Assembly (NCBI RefSeq): GCF_000091665.1
Contig: NC_000909.1
Location: 1,514,837 to 1,546,836 of the forward strand
DNA: 32,000 bases
Direction of reading: 5' to 3'
Source of the DNA: Methanocaldococcus jannaschii DSM 2661
Lineage (GTDB): Archaea > AGJL01 > Methanococci > Methanococcales > Methanocaldococcaceae
The notes beneath the pieces are model-generated. The model was not told the DNA's origin. It did no database searches and was given only the letters and a program-made list of their open reading frames with translations. The position numbers and the translations under genes are program-made. Positions 13,194 through 23,326 of this stretch are shown here, one piece after another. Position 1 is the stretch's first letter. Each line of letters starts with the position of its first letter.

Positions 13194-13204
13194 ATGGTGA
13201 AAAT

Positions 13205-13378
13205 ATGTGTAGTTGCAATCTCTACTTTAATGGAGAGTTGGTTATGGAAGATGTTATGATTGTTGAGAAAAAAGGAGATAAAGTTATAGCCATTGATTTA
13301 TTTGGTGATAAAAAAGAATTTGTTGGAGAGATTAAAAAGATTGATTTGAATGAGAATAAGATATTTATAGAGGGATAA
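13205..13378 (+). CDS. CooT-like small protein (57 aa), absent from the supplied ORF track
   Basis: My own translation: MCSCNLYFNGELVMEDVMIVEKKGDKVIAIDLFGDKKEFVGEIKKIDLNENKIFIEG*. Matches the CooT family pattern (N-terminal MC, LxMEDV, GDK(V), LGE/G..K.VEG.I..IDL...I); GGTGAAAAT just upstream. Confidence 0.85.
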   Translation: MCSCNLYFNGELVMEDVMIVEKKGDKVIAIDLFGDKKEFVGEIKKIDLNENKIFIEG

Positions 13379-13421
13379 ATTCGGAAATGCCTTCCTATAT
13401 TAATAGTAGCTAAGCTAAGAG

Positions 13422-13483
13422 GCATCACCGAGCGTAGCGAGGTGATGCATCCATTTTGATCAACCTTTTTAGAAAAGGTTGAT
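13422..13483. repeat. Double-hairpin intergenic element
   Basis: GCATCACC (13422-13429)/GGTGATGC (13441-13448) around GAGCGTAGCGA, then ATCAACCTTTT (13459-13469)/AAAAGGTTGAT (13473-13483) with a 3-nt loop. Confidence 0.8.
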
Positions 13484-13511
13484 GGGAATAAAATATTTAT
13501 TGAGGGATAAA

Positions 13512-13907
13512 ATGGTTGTCAGAAGTTGGAGACATATTAAAGAAAGATACTGTCTAATTGGAGTTAGATGTAAAAATTGCGGAACTGTTTATTTCCCTTC
13601 AAGAGAGATATGTCCAAAGTGTAGAAGAAAAACAGAGTTTGAAGAGATAAAATTAAGTGGAAAAGGAAAGGTTTATACATACTCAGTTGTCCATGTAGCT
13701 CCAAAGGATTTTGAAAAACAAGCTCCTTATGTGATAGCAATCATTGAGTTAGAGGAAGGAGCGAGAATTACAGGACAAATTGTAGATTGCAAGCCAGAAG
13801 ATGTTTATATAGGCATGCAAGTTGAGGCAGTATTTAGAAGAATTAAAGAAGATGGAGATGATGGAGTTATAACTTATGGTTATAAATTTAAGCCAATTGA
13901 GAATTAA
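13512..13907 (+). CDS. DUF35 / OB-fold acyl-CoA-associated protein with zinc ribbon
   Basis: CKNCGTVYFPSREICPKCRRKTEFEEIKLSGKGKVYTYSVVHVAPKDFEKQAPYVIAIIELEEGARITGQI is the DUF35 signature. Track start 13479 is a TTG inside the hairpin; ATG 13512 after TTGAGGGA is preferred. Confidence 0.92.
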   Translation: MVVRSWRHIKERYCLIGVRCKNCGTVYFPSREICPKCRRKTEFEEIKLSGKGKVYTYSVVHVAPKDFEKQAPYVIAIIELEEGARITGQIVDCKPEDVYIGMQVEAVFRRIKEDGDDGVITYGYKFKPIEN

Positions 13908-13928
13908 TTTATTTTATTTTGTGGGATT

Positions 13929-14402
13929 ATGAAATTTCTATTTTCAAAGACAAAGATTGAAATTTTAAAAAAATTGAATGAAAGGAATTATACTATCTCT
14001 GAATTATCAAAAATTTTAGGAAAATCAAAATCAACGATAAGTGAGCATTTAAACGCTTTATATGAAATGGGTTTGGTTGATAAAGAAAACTATAGCAAGT
14101 GGGTTTATTATAAAATAACAAACAAAGGAAAGAAGGTTTTAGAGAACTTAGAAGCATTGATTTTAATGGTCAGCAGTATTTTTGCACTAATTGGTTTGTG
14201 GATCTACTATATATTCAAACAAATAAAATACCAAGCAAGAGAAGTTGTTTTATCAAAAACAGTTGTTGAAAGGGGTATTTATACAACTTACAAAGGTTCA
14301 ACAACTTTTCAGAAAGAGCCGCTATTTTTAATTTTTTTAATTATCTCTACTTTTTTAATAATCTTTATAGTTTATTTAGTTTATAAAATTATTCGGAGAT
14401 AA
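13929..14402 (+). CDS. ArsR/MarR-like winged-HTH regulator with C-terminal transmembrane segments
   Basis: [60 protein letters not shown] (wHTH), followed by two hydrophobic helices. Confidence 0.85.
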
Positions 14403-14484
14403 CCGAACGATTTAGAAATCATTATATAGTATCTTTTTTAGATATATAAATGAATTAGCTTTTTAAATATTCTTAGGTGATATA

Positions 14485-16353
14485 ATGAAAATTAAGGCAG
14501 TTGCAATATTTTTATCATTATTAATGATTATATCATTATTTTCTGGATGCGTTGAAAATGAAAAGCCTATAAAAGAAGGAAGTAATGATTTCAAATTAAT
14601 TCCTGTTAATTCCAAATCAAATTTTGAAGAATTTAAAAATACCGTTGAAAATTCAATAGGAAACTACATCTACGTTGGACATAGTTATGCAAGTAGAGAA
14701 GTGCAGATAACCTCAACTGTTAAATCTTCTAATGTAGAAACCTCAACTGAGCCAGAAAGATTTTCAAAAACCAATGTTCAAGTTAAAGGAGTTGATGAAG
14801 CAGATATATTAAAAACAAATGGGAACATTATTGCCTTCTCTCAAAATAAGATTTATTTAATTAAGCCCCTTCCTCCAAAATATGCTAAAATAATAAAAAA
14901 CATATCTGAATGTGGTTATCTTTACTTAACAAACAATACACTAATAGTTATAAGTTGGAATAAAATAACCTCCTATAATGTCTCAAATCCAGAAATGCCA
15001 AAAATAATTTGGCAAATGGATTTAAATGGAAGTTATGTTGATTCAAGGTTGTATAATGGAACGTTATATTTAGTAGTTAGAAAAAACTCTATAGATTGCC
15101 CAATTGTATGGAACAATTATAAAATTGGCTATGATAAATACTACATTCCAGAACTTCCCCCAATATACAGTATGGACTTTGATACAACATATATTATTAG
15201 CAGAATAAATATAAAAAGTGGAAAAGTTGAAAACTCAATTGCAATTGTTGGAAATTATAAAACAACCCTATACATGTCAAAGAACAACTTATACTTTGCC
15301 TATAATCTAAAAATTAATGAGAAGAAATTAATGCTTAACTTTTTAAATGAAAGTGCAGATAAATACTTCCCAACAGAAGTGGCAGATAAAATAAAGAGAG
15401 TTATTGAAAATGAAGACTTTGGAGACAATGCCAAGTTCGTTGAGATAACTGAAACTATTGAAAGATATTTAAGCTCCCTTCCTTCTGAGAAGAGACACAA
15501 CCTAATGAAAAAGTTGCAGAATGACTTTGAGAACTATTTAGAAGAACACTGGGAAGAGTTTGAATACACTGGAATAGCTAAAATTAACTTAGACAGCTTT
15601 GAAGTTAAAAGTGGAAAGGTTAGTGGTCATCTCTTAAACAACTTTGCTATGGATGAATACAACGGCTATTTAAGAGTGGCAACAACAATAGGGGACTGGA
15701 GATTCAGAGATAAAATGACCAATAACATCTACATCTTAGATAGTGATTTAAATGTTGTTGGTAAGCTAACTGGATTAGAAAAAGGAGAGAGAATTTATGC
15801 AGTAAGATTCATGGGAGATAAAGCCTATATAGTAACTTACAAAGAGACAGACCCGTTATTGGTTATTGATTTAAAAAATCCAAAAAATCCAAAGGTCTTA
15901 GGAGAGTTAAAGATTCCAGGATATTCCACTTACTTACATCCAATAGGTAATAATTTATTTATTGGTATTGGTAAAGATGACGATGGAAAATTAAAAATCT
16001 CACTATTTAATATTTCTGATTTGAATAATCCGAAAGAAGTTGATAAATATAAATTAAATGTTTGGTGGAGTCCAGCGTTTAGGGACTATCACGCATTCTT
16101 ATGGGATGAAAAGTATAAAATCTTCTTTCTACCTGCTTATAATCATGCTTATGTGTTTAAAGTTGAGGACAATAAGATAGAAATGGTTAAGGACGATGAG
16201 CATAAAACAAATGTTTTGAGGGCTTTATTTATAAACAATTATCTATACACGTTCTCACTTTCAGAGATGCACATTTTAGATGAAAATAACTGGCAATTAG
16301 TTAAAAAAATTGAGTTTGAAAACTATCTGCCTTATGGCTATGGGTTTAAATAA
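14485..16353 (+). CDS. Secreted beta-propeller domain lipoprotein
   Basis: Signal peptide with lipobox-like SLFSGC at the N-terminus; TSTVKSSNVETSTEPERFSKTNVQVKGVDEADILKTNGNIIAF is characteristic of the beta-propeller family PF09826/COG4880. Confidence 0.85.
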   Translation: MKIKAVAIFLSLLMIISLFSGCVENEKPIKEGSNDFKLIPVNSKSNFEEFKNTVENSIGNYIYVGHSYASREVQITSTVKSSNVETSTEPERFSKTNVQVKGVDEADILKTNGNIIAFSQNKIYLIKPLPPKYAKIIKNISECGYLYLTNNTLIVISWNKITSYNVSNPEMPKIIWQMDLNGSYVDSRLYNGTLYLVVRKNSIDCPIVWNNYKIGYDKYYIPELPPIYSMDFDTTYIISRINIKSGKVENSIAIVGNYKTTLYMSKNNLYFAYNLKINEKKLMLNFLNESADKYFPTEVADKIKRVIENEDFGDNAKFVEITETIERYLSSLPSEKRHNLMKKLQNDFENYLEEHWEEFEYTGIAKINLDSFEVKSGKVSGHLLNNFAMDEYNGYLRVATTIGDWRFRDKMTNNIYILDSDLNVVGKLTGLEKGERIYAVRFMGDKAYIVTYKETDPLLVIDLKNPKNPKVLGELKIPGYSTYLHPIGNNLFIGIGKDDDGKLKISLFNISDLNNPKEVDKYKLNVWWSPAFRDYHAFLWDEKYKIFFLPAYNHAYVFKVEDNKIEMVKDDEHKTNVLRALFINNYLYTFSLSEMHILDENNWQLVKKIEFENYLPYGYGFK

Positions 16354-16503
16354 ATTTAATTTTTTAATTATTTTTTATTTTTGACAATTTTAACCTATAA
16401 AATTAAATATATAGATACACAAAAGCTTAGGAAACTATAAAAACCATTTACACAATTATTAACCTTAAAAAGTTTTTAGTGATTTGGGAAACACATGATG
16501 TAG

Positions 16504-17820
16504 ATGGTGAATAAAATGAAGTGGAGAAGAACACACTACTCAGCAGATATTAAACCAGAAATGGATGGACAAGAAGTTATTATAATGGGATGGGTTCATT
16601 CAATTAGAGCTTTAGGGAAAATTATATTTGTTATTTTAAGAGATAGAGAAGGGACAGTGCAAATTGTAGCACCAAAACAAAAAGTTGGAGATGAGTTGTT
16701 TAGCCAAATAAAAAAACTTGGAGCAGAGGATGTTATAGCAGTTAAAGGAAAAGTTATAGCAAATGAAAAAGCACCAAATGGTTTTGAAATATTACCATTA
16801 GAGTTGGAGGTTATAAACACCGCTAAAAGACCTCTTCCTTTAGACCCAGCTGAAAAAGTCCCAGCAGAGTTAGATACAAGATTAGAAAATAGATTCTTAG
16901 ATTTAAGAAGACCAAAAGTTCAGGCAATATTTAAAATTAGAAGTGAAATGCTAAAATCTGTAAGAAACACACTCTATAATGAGGGCTTTATTGAGGTAAA
17001 TACACCAAAATTGGTAGCAAGTTGCACTGAGGGAGGAACTGAACTCTTCCCAATCTCATACTTTGAGAGAGAGGCATTTTTAGGGCAGAGTCCTCAGTTG
17101 TATAAGCAGATGTTAATGGCAACTGGGTTGGATAGAGTTTTTGAAATAGCTCCAATATTTAGGGCTGAGGAGCATAATACAAGGAGACATTTAAATGAAG
17201 CTACATCAATAGACATTGAAATGGCATTTGCTGATGATAAGGATGCTATGGATATATTGGAGAAAGTTGTTTATAACGCATTTGTAGATGTTTATGAGAA
17301 TAGAAAGAAGGAGATTGAAACTTTAGGAATAGAGTTTGAGTTGCCACCAGAGAAGTTTGATAGAATCACTTACGATGAAGCTATTGACATTGCAAATGCA
17401 AAAGGTGTTGAAATTAGCTGGGGAGAAGATTTGAGTAGAGAGGCAGAGAAGGCTATTGGAGAGGAGATGGAAGGACTCTACTTTATAACTGACTGGCCTT
17501 CTGAAATTAGGCCGTTCTATACAATGCCAGATGAGAAAAATCCAAATATTTGTAAGGCATTTGATTTAATGTATAAAGATTTAGAGATTTCTTCAGGAGC
17601 TCAAAGGATTCACTTATATGATTTATTAGTTGAGAATATTAAAAAGAAGGGCTTAAACCCTGATGGATTTACATATTACTTAGAGGCATTTAAGTATGGA
17701 ATGCCTCCACATGCAGGATGGGGATTAGGAGCGGATAGATTTACCATGGTATTAACTCAGCAAGAGAACATTAGAGAGTGTGTTTTATTCCCAAGAGATA
17801 GGCAGAGATTAACTCCATAA
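16504..17820 (+). CDS. aspS: Aspartyl-tRNA synthetase (archaeal type)
   Basis: [35 protein letters not shown] (motif 2 region), [13 protein letters not shown] (motif 3). ATG 16516, behind GGTGAAT, is an alternative start. Confidence 0.96.
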   Translation: MVNKMKWRRTHYSADIKPEMDGQEVIIMGWVHSIRALGKIIFVILRDREGTVQIVAPKQKVGDELFSQIKKLGAEDVIAVKGKVIANEKAPNGFEILPLELEVINTAKRPLPLDPAEKVPAELDTRLENRFLDLRRPKVQAIFKIRSEMLKSVRNTLYNEGFIEVNTPKLVASCTEGGTELFPISYFEREAFLGQSPQLYKQMLMATGLDRVFEIAPIFRAEEHNTRRHLNEATSIDIEMAFADDKDAMDILEKVVYNAFVDVYENRKKEIETLGIEFELPPEKFDRITYDEAIDIANAKGVEISWGEDLSREAEKAIGEEMEGLYFITDWPSEIRPFYTMPDEKNPNICKAFDLMYKDLEISSGAQRIHLYDLLVENIKKKGLNPDGFTYYLEAFKYGMPPHAGWGLGADRFTMVLTQQENIRECVLFPRDRQRLTP

Positions 17821-17859
17821 TTTTTAAATACTTTTTAATGAGAAATTAATAAGATTATT

Positions 17860-18798
17860 ATGATGGATAAGATAATTCAAACACTTACATTGACATTTAC
17901 TTTTTTGTATTACAGCATTCCAATGCTTATTGTTGGTTTATTTATCTCTCAAATTCTCATAGAGAGTAATATCATCAAAAAAATCTATTTTATTGGAAAG
18001 ATATTTACAAGATTGGCAAATCTTCCAGAGGAGTGTGGGATAGCTATAACAACATCTTTTATTGAACCAAGAATGGCAAACATAATGCTTGTAGATTTTT
18101 ATAAAAAAGGGATTATAAACAAAAAAGAACTCTATATCTCATCTTTAATAGATGCATTTCCGGCAATGCTTAGGCACTGGGATTCTTTATTGCCAATTTT
18201 GCTTGCCACCTTAGGATTCTTTGGAATAATCTATTTTATAATCTTAGTTTTGATTGGATTTATTCAAACACTCATTTTTATGGCTATTGGAAAGATAACA
18301 TTAAAAAATAGGGAGTATAAAGAAGATAACACAGACAAAAAGATAAAACTAAATAAAGATGTTGTTTATACAGCTTTTAAAAACACTATAAAGTATGGAA
18401 TTCCAATAATAAGGGATATAACAATAGCCTCCATTATAACCTCATTTTTGATTGAATTTGGATTTTTTGACTATATAACTGAGATTATAAAAAATAAAGC
18501 TTATTATCTACCACTTTCAGTTGAAGAAATTACTGTGGCAGTTACCCAACCAATAAACTACATAGGAGCTTTTGTCTTAGCTGGAGAGTTTTTAAATAGG
18601 GGAATTTTAGATGAGATTGAAGTTGTAAGAGCTTTACTTCTTGGCTCTATATTATCAAGCATTCCAGCGTTGAGATTTTTAGCTCCATATTATATAGGCA
18701 TATATGGATTTAAAGATGGTTTTAATTTGATGATGATATCTACATTAGTTAGAATTTTGATAACTGCGTTGTTTGTGATAATAACTTTAATATTGTGA
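17860..18798 (+). CDS. Membrane protein, nucleoside-recognition (Gate)-like domain
   Basis: Multiple hydrophobic helices; EECGIAITTSFIEPRMANIMLVDFYKKGIINKKELYISSLIDAFPAMLRHW resembles Gate/nucleoside-recognition permease-like proteins. Confidence 0.65.
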   Translation: MMDKIIQTLTLTFTFLYYSIPMLIVGLFISQILIESNIIKKIYFIGKIFTRLANLPEECGIAITTSFIEPRMANIMLVDFYKKGIINKKELYISSLIDAFPAMLRHWDSLLPILLATLGFFGIIYFIILVLIGFIQTLIFMAIGKITLKNREYKEDNTDKKIKLNKDVVYTAFKNTIKYGIPIIRDITIASIITSFLIEFGFFDYITEIIKNKAYYLPLSVEEITVAVTQPINYIGAFVLAGEFLNRGILDEIEVVRALLLGSILSSIPALRFLAPYYIGIYGFKDGFNLMMISTLVRILITALFVIITLIL

Positions 18799-18802
18799 GA
18801 TT

Positions 18803-19552
18803 ATGGGTATAAAATATCAAAAGATTGGAGATGTTGTTATCGTTAAAAAAGAATTAAGTGAGGATGAAATTAGAGAGATTGTAAAAAGAACTAAATGTAA
18901 AGCTATCTTGCTATACACAACCCAAATAACCGGTGAATTTAGAACTCCACATGTAAAAATCCTATATGGGAAAGAAACAGAAACAATCCATAAAGAATAT
19001 GGCTGTTTGTTTAAGTTAGATGTTGCTAAGATTATGTGGAGTCAGGGAAATATTGAGGAAAGGAAAAGAATGGCATTTATAAGCAATGAGAATGAGGTAG
19101 TTGTTGATATGTTTGCTGGTATTGGTTATTTCACAATTCCATTAGCTAAATACTCAAAACCAAAGTTGGTCTATGCAATCGAAAAAAATCCTACAGCTTA
19201 TCATTATCTATGTGAAAACATCAAATTAAATAAACTAAATAATGTCATCCCAATTTTAGCAGATAATAGAGACGTTGAGTTAAAAGATGTCGCAGATAGA
19301 GTTATCATGGGCTATGTACATAAAACACACAAATTTTTAGATAAGACTTTTGAATTTTTAAAAGATAGGGGAGTTATACATTATCATGAAACAGTAGCTG
19401 AAAAGATTATGTATGAAAGACCAATAGAGAGATTAAAATTCTATGCTGAAAAAAATGGCTATAAATTGATAGATTATGAAGTGAGAAAGATTAAAAAATA
19501 CGCTCCAGGCGTTTGGCATGTTGTTGTAGATGCTAAATTTGAAAGGATTTGA
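18803..19552 (+). CDS. taw2: tRNA wybutosine-synthesis aminocarboxypropyltransferase (TYW2/Taw2)
   Basis: VVDMFAGIGYFTIPLAKYSKP (SAM motif), AIEKNPTAYHYLCENIKLNKL, VIMGYVHKTHKFLD, VRKIKKYAPGVWHVVVDAKF. Confidence 0.92.
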   Translation: MGIKYQKIGDVVIVKKELSEDEIREIVKRTKCKAILLYTTQITGEFRTPHVKILYGKETETIHKEYGCLFKLDVAKIMWSQGNIEERKRMAFISNENEVVVDMFAGIGYFTIPLAKYSKPKLVYAIEKNPTAYHYLCENIKLNKLNNVIPILADNRDVELKDVADRVIMGYVHKTHKFLDKTFEFLKDRGVIHYHETVAEKIMYERPIERLKFYAEKNGYKLIDYEVRKIKKYAPGVWHVVVDAKFERI

Positions 19553-19825
19553 TTAAATTCTATGCATGTATTTAAATATATCTTCATGCTGGACAATGAC
19601 TTGAACACCCAATTCTTCTCCAGCTTTTTCAAGTTCTTTTTTTAGTGTTGCAAAATCTACTTTAGCGTTTGATATATCAACGAGCATAATCATGGCAAAT
19701 AGATTATCCATAATAGTTTGGCTTATATCTAAGATGTTTGCATTATTCTCAGCCAATACTTTTGAGATTCCCGCAACTATTCCTGTTCTATCCTGCCCAA
19801 TAACTGAAACTACAACTCTACTCAT
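19553..19825 (-). CDS. ACT-domain protein (UPF0237)
   Basis: MSRVVVSVIGQDRTGIVAGISKVLAENNANILDISQTIMDNLFAMIMLVD matches the UPF0237 ACT family. Confidence 0.93.
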   Translation of the reverse strand: MSRVVVSVIGQDRTGIVAGISKVLAENNANILDISQTIMDNLFAMIMLVDISNAKVDFATLKKELEKAGEELGVQVIVQHEDIFKYMHRI

Positions 19826-19911
19826 CTTCTCTCCTCTTTAAATTTGATTAGTGAGTTATGATTTATAACTTTAAACATTACATACATCAATTTAAGGGTT
19901 GTGGTGAAACT

Positions 19912-20424
19912 ATGAGGATATTTATAACGGGAATGCCCGGAGTTGGAAAAACTACATTAGCTTTAAAGATAGCTGAGAAGTTGAAGGAGTTAGGCTATAA
20001 AGTTGGAGGTTTTATAACTAAGGAGATTAGAGATGGAGGAAAAAGAGTGGGATTTAAAATAATAACCTTAGATACCAATGAAGAAACAATATTAGCCTAT
20101 GTTGGAGATGGAAAAATAAAAGTTGGTAAATATGCTGTTTTTATAGAAAATTTAGATAACGTTGGAGTTGAGGCAATAAAAAGGGCTTTGAAAGATGCTG
20201 ATATTATAATTATAGATGAACTTGGAGCTATGGAATTTAAGAGTAGAAAGTTTTCTGAAGTTGTTGATGAGGTTATTAAAAGTGATAAACCGTTATTAGC
20301 CACACTACACAGAAATTGGGTAAATAAATTTAAAGATAAAGGAGAGCTATATACTTTAACTATTGAAAATAGGGAGAAATTGTTTGAAGAAATATTAAAT
20401 AAAATATTGGCAGGATTAAAATAA
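19912..20424 (+). CDS. Nucleoside-triphosphatase THEP1 family
   Basis: MRIFITGMPGVGKTTLALKIAEKLKELGYKVGGFITKEIRDGGKRVGFKI ... DIIIIDELGAMEF. Track ORF starts at 19858; ATG 19912 after GTGGTGA preferred. Confidence 0.92.
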   Translation: MRIFITGMPGVGKTTLALKIAEKLKELGYKVGGFITKEIRDGGKRVGFKIITLDTNEETILAYVGDGKIKVGKYAVFIENLDNVGVEAIKRALKDADIIIIDELGAMEFKSRKFSEVVDEVIKSDKPLLATLHRNWVNKFKDKGELYTLTIENREKLFEEILNKILAGLK

Positions 20425-20430
20425 TTATCT

Positions 20431-21591
20431 TTATCTTTCTATTCTTAAATAGCTGATAATCCCTACAACAATTGAAAATATTGCTGAAAATTTATACATA
20501 TTTGCTATTCCTAAAATATCAGCTAAGAATCCAAACGACACTGCACCAATAAACATCCCAATATTTATGCTTGTTGTAAAAAGCCCCATAGCTTCGCCTT
20601 TTCTATGTGTTGGGATGTCTTTAACTGCGAGAGATGTTGTGGCGGTGGAAGATATTGAACTACCAACTGCTATAATTGTTAAAGAAGCCAATATAGTCAA
20701 AAAAGTTGTAGAGGTTGAGAGCAAATACATTCCAAAGGATATTATAAAAATTCCAATGATTATCATTATATTTCCCAATTTATCGTAGAGTTTTCCAAAA
20801 CTTCTTTGAAGTAAAGCCATTAAGATATTTGTTAAAGCAATCATAAAACCTACTTGACTTATAGTTATATTGTAGTTAATTGCATACAATGCCAAATACG
20901 CATATATCCCAGCATTTATCATAACATTAGATACATTGATAATAAAAGAGGATGAAAAATTCCTATTTTTCAAAAATTCAAATGAGAATAAAGTAGATAT
21001 TTTTTTAACATCTATTTTTTCTTTATTTTTATTAAAAACAATATCCTCCAATTTCATATAGCTTATAATTGCCGCCAAAATTCCTAAAAATCCACAAAAG
21101 TAGAATGGCATTTTAATTCCATACATATCAGCAAGAATTCCCCCTATAAAAGGTCCTATGCCAAAGCCCAATGTAATTGCTGAATTAAAAATTCCCATAT
21201 ATTCTCCTAATCTTGTTTTTGGGGCTATAGCCGCGATATAAGACCCAGCTACTGGTGTTACAAAAGCTGAAAAGATTCCAGTAAAAATTCTCACAATTAA
21301 AAAACCTAAAACTGTGCTAACAAAATTATACATTAAGGTAGAGACTCCATAAAAAAATGTTCCACAGACAATAAAAAACTTCTTTCCATATATATCAGAT
21401 AAAACTCCAACAGGAATTTGAGCTACTGTTCTCGCTAATGCAAATGAACCAAATATTAAACCAATTTCTAAATTTGTAGCTCCCAGTGTTTGGGCGTATA
21501 TTGCCATAATTGGTGCTATAAAACCAACACCAAGCATAGTTGTAAAGGTAGTAATCCAAATAACAAAAACATTTTTCTCTAATTTTCCCAT
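20431..21591 (-). CDS. Major facilitator superfamily transporter (multidrug/quinolone-resistance-like)
   Basis: GFIAPIMAIYAQTLGATNLEIGLIFGSFALARTVAQIPVGVLSDIYGKKFFIVCG (MFS signature). Track start 21702; ATG 21591 preceded by GGTGG preferred. Confidence 0.88.
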   Translation of the reverse strand: MGKLEKNVFVIWITTFTTMLGVGFIAPIMAIYAQTLGATNLEIGLIFGSFALARTVAQIPVGVLSDIYGKKFFIVCGTFFYGVSTLMYNFVSTVLGFLIVRIFTGIFSAFVTPVAGSYIAAIAPKTRLGEYMGIFNSAITLGFGIGPFIGGILADMYGIKMPFYFCGFLGILAAIISYMKLEDIVFNKNKEKIDVKKISTLFSFEFLKNRNFSSSFIINVSNVMINAGIYAYLALYAINYNITISQVGFMIALTNILMALLQRSFGKLYDKLGNIMIIIGIFIISFGMYLLSTSTTFLTILASLTIIAVGSSISSTATTSLAVKDIPTHRKGEAMGLFTTSINIGMFIGAVSFGFLADILGIANMYKFSAIFSIVVGIISYLRIER

Positions 21592-21664
21592 AAAACCACC
21601 TAAAAACGTTAAAATAAAAAAATGAAATAGGAAAAATTCAAAAAACAAAAATAAATAGAGTGTT

Positions 21665-23326
21665 TTATTCTTTATCTTTGCTATTTTTTCTTTTAAATAC
21701 ATATCCTACAACCAATACAATGGCAATAACCACTATTATTCCCAATATCCAATAACTTTTTGAATTTGAATTATTCACTACCACTTTTAACGGTTCTTGA
21801 TAGACATACACGTTATTATCTCCCTCATCACTATCTCCTGCACATCTTATTTCAATAGTTATTATATAAGGCTTTGATTCAGCATTTTTATCAACATCTA
21901 TAACTATAACTCCAGTTCCTGTTTGGTTAGGGTAGAGAGTTCCAATAGTGTCACTTTTAATTGGGTAATCAAATGGTTGTCCAGAGTTTCTAATTGCTGA
22001 AATCTTAACTCTCTCTGCCTTTTCACTACCAACGTTCTTTATTGTTATATAGACGGTGTTTTCTTTTCCAGCAGTTACATTAACTTCTTTTGTTATAATC
22101 TCAAATAATGGCTTTGGTTTAACATAGATGTCTATGAATTTTTCAGTTTTGTATTTGTTATTGGCAGTATCTAAATAACTAATTTCAATTGGAAGCTTAT
22201 AATGCTTAGCAGAGGCATATTTATCTACATCCACATAGAAAGATACTGTCTTTGAAACTCCGGGCAATAAGTTGCCAACATCTTTTATATTGCAGTTACT
22301 CCAGCTATCTTTAAATGGTTTATTTGTTATTAATTTTAATTTAACATCCTTCGCCTCTGCATGTCCATTGTTGGTTATTGTTACATCAATTCTCACATAA
22401 GTTGTTCCTGGCTTTATCTCCTTAGGGTCAGTTACCACATTAGATATTCCCAATAAAATATCTCCTTTTACATAAGCTCCAATGGTTATCTGCTCTGCCC
22501 TTTTAGTTCCGTCTTCATCTATCCATGTAATTACTGCAGGGATTTGATAACAGCCCTCAACTAAATTGCTTGCAGTGTATAACTTTAAATTAATTACTCT
22601 GCTATTATCTGGCTTTAAAGCTCCTAAGTAGAATTTTGTTTCTCCAACTGGTGAAATTGGTAGATTAGATATAGGAACAGCTGTTGGGTAGTAAATAGTT
22701 TTTTCTTGGGTTTTGGTTGTCCCATAGGCAGATACTTCAACTGACTCAGAACCAGCATTTACAGAGTTTAAAGAATATCCAATATACAGATTAACTTCCT
22801 TAGCTGTTCCTGTTCCTGTGTTTATAATTTCAATTGGAACTGTTTGAGTTTTTGATGGAATTAGGCTAAAATTCCCATTAATTTCAAAGCTTGCTATTCC
22901 ATAAACATGTAGGTAATAGATTTTAGTTATTTCATAGTGGTGGATTGTTTCTTTCCCATCTTCTTTATTAATTTCATCATAACTTACCTTTACATCTATT
23001 TCATAGTCTCTTGATGGGGCATTTTCATCAACATGTAGTTTGAAATATACAGTGTCTGATTCTCCAGGATTTAAATGGCTGATTGTTGCTTTCCCCTTAA
23101 TTGGATTAACCTGCCTTAACTCAAATGGATAGTGTGGAGAAACCTCAACAACTATGTTTTTAACTTCATTATCATAATTATCATTAGTTATTTTAATCCA
23201 CAAATCAACATCATCCCCAGGATGAATAACATTCGGCTGATACTGAGGAGCATCTACCTGCAAAGCATAAACTCCTGAAATAAAGATTAATGATATTAGG
23301 AATATTTTTATTTTATTGGTTATCAT
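21665..23326 (-). CDS. Secreted/membrane-anchored CARDB- and NPCBM-like repeat protein (S-layer domain-like, COG1361 type)
   Basis: N-terminal signal peptide, repeated Ig-like segments (IHPGDDVDLWIKITND, EIKPGTTYVRIDVTITNNGHAEAKDVKLKL, TAGKENTVYITIKNVGSEKAERVKI), C-terminal TM helix plus basic tail. Confidence 0.82.
   Translation of the reverse strand: MITNKIKIFLISLIFISGVYALQVDAPQYQPNVIHPGDDVDLWIKITNDNYDNEVKNIVVEVSPHYPFELRQVNPIKGKATISHLNPGESDTVYFKLHVDENAPSRDYEIDVKVSYDEINKEDGKETIHHYEITKIYYLHVYGIASFEINGNFSLIPSKTQTVPIEIINTGTGTAKEVNLYIGYSLNSVNAGSESVEVSAYGTTKTQEKTIYYPTAVPISNLPISPVGETKFYLGALKPDNSRVINLKLYTASNLVEGCYQIPAVITWIDEDGTKRAEQITIGAYVKGDILLGISNVVTDPKEIKPGTTYVRIDVTITNNGHAEAKDVKLKLITNKPFKDSWSNCNIKDVGNLLPGVSKTVSFYVDVDKYASAKHYKLPIEISYLDTANNKYKTEKFIDIYVKPKPLFEIITKEVNVTAGKENTVYITIKNVGSEKAERVKISAIRNSGQPFDYPIKSDTIGTLYPNQTGTGVIVIDVDKNAESKPYIITIEIRCAGDSDEGDNNVYVYQEPLKVVVNNSNSKSYWILGIIVVIAIVLVVGYVFKRKNSKDKE

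Noticed and set aside
13222-13428. 68-aa minus-strand ORF
   Set aside because: Antisense to the CooT-like gene, which has a recognisable family pattern; the minus ORF runs into the hairpin and has no recognisable motif.
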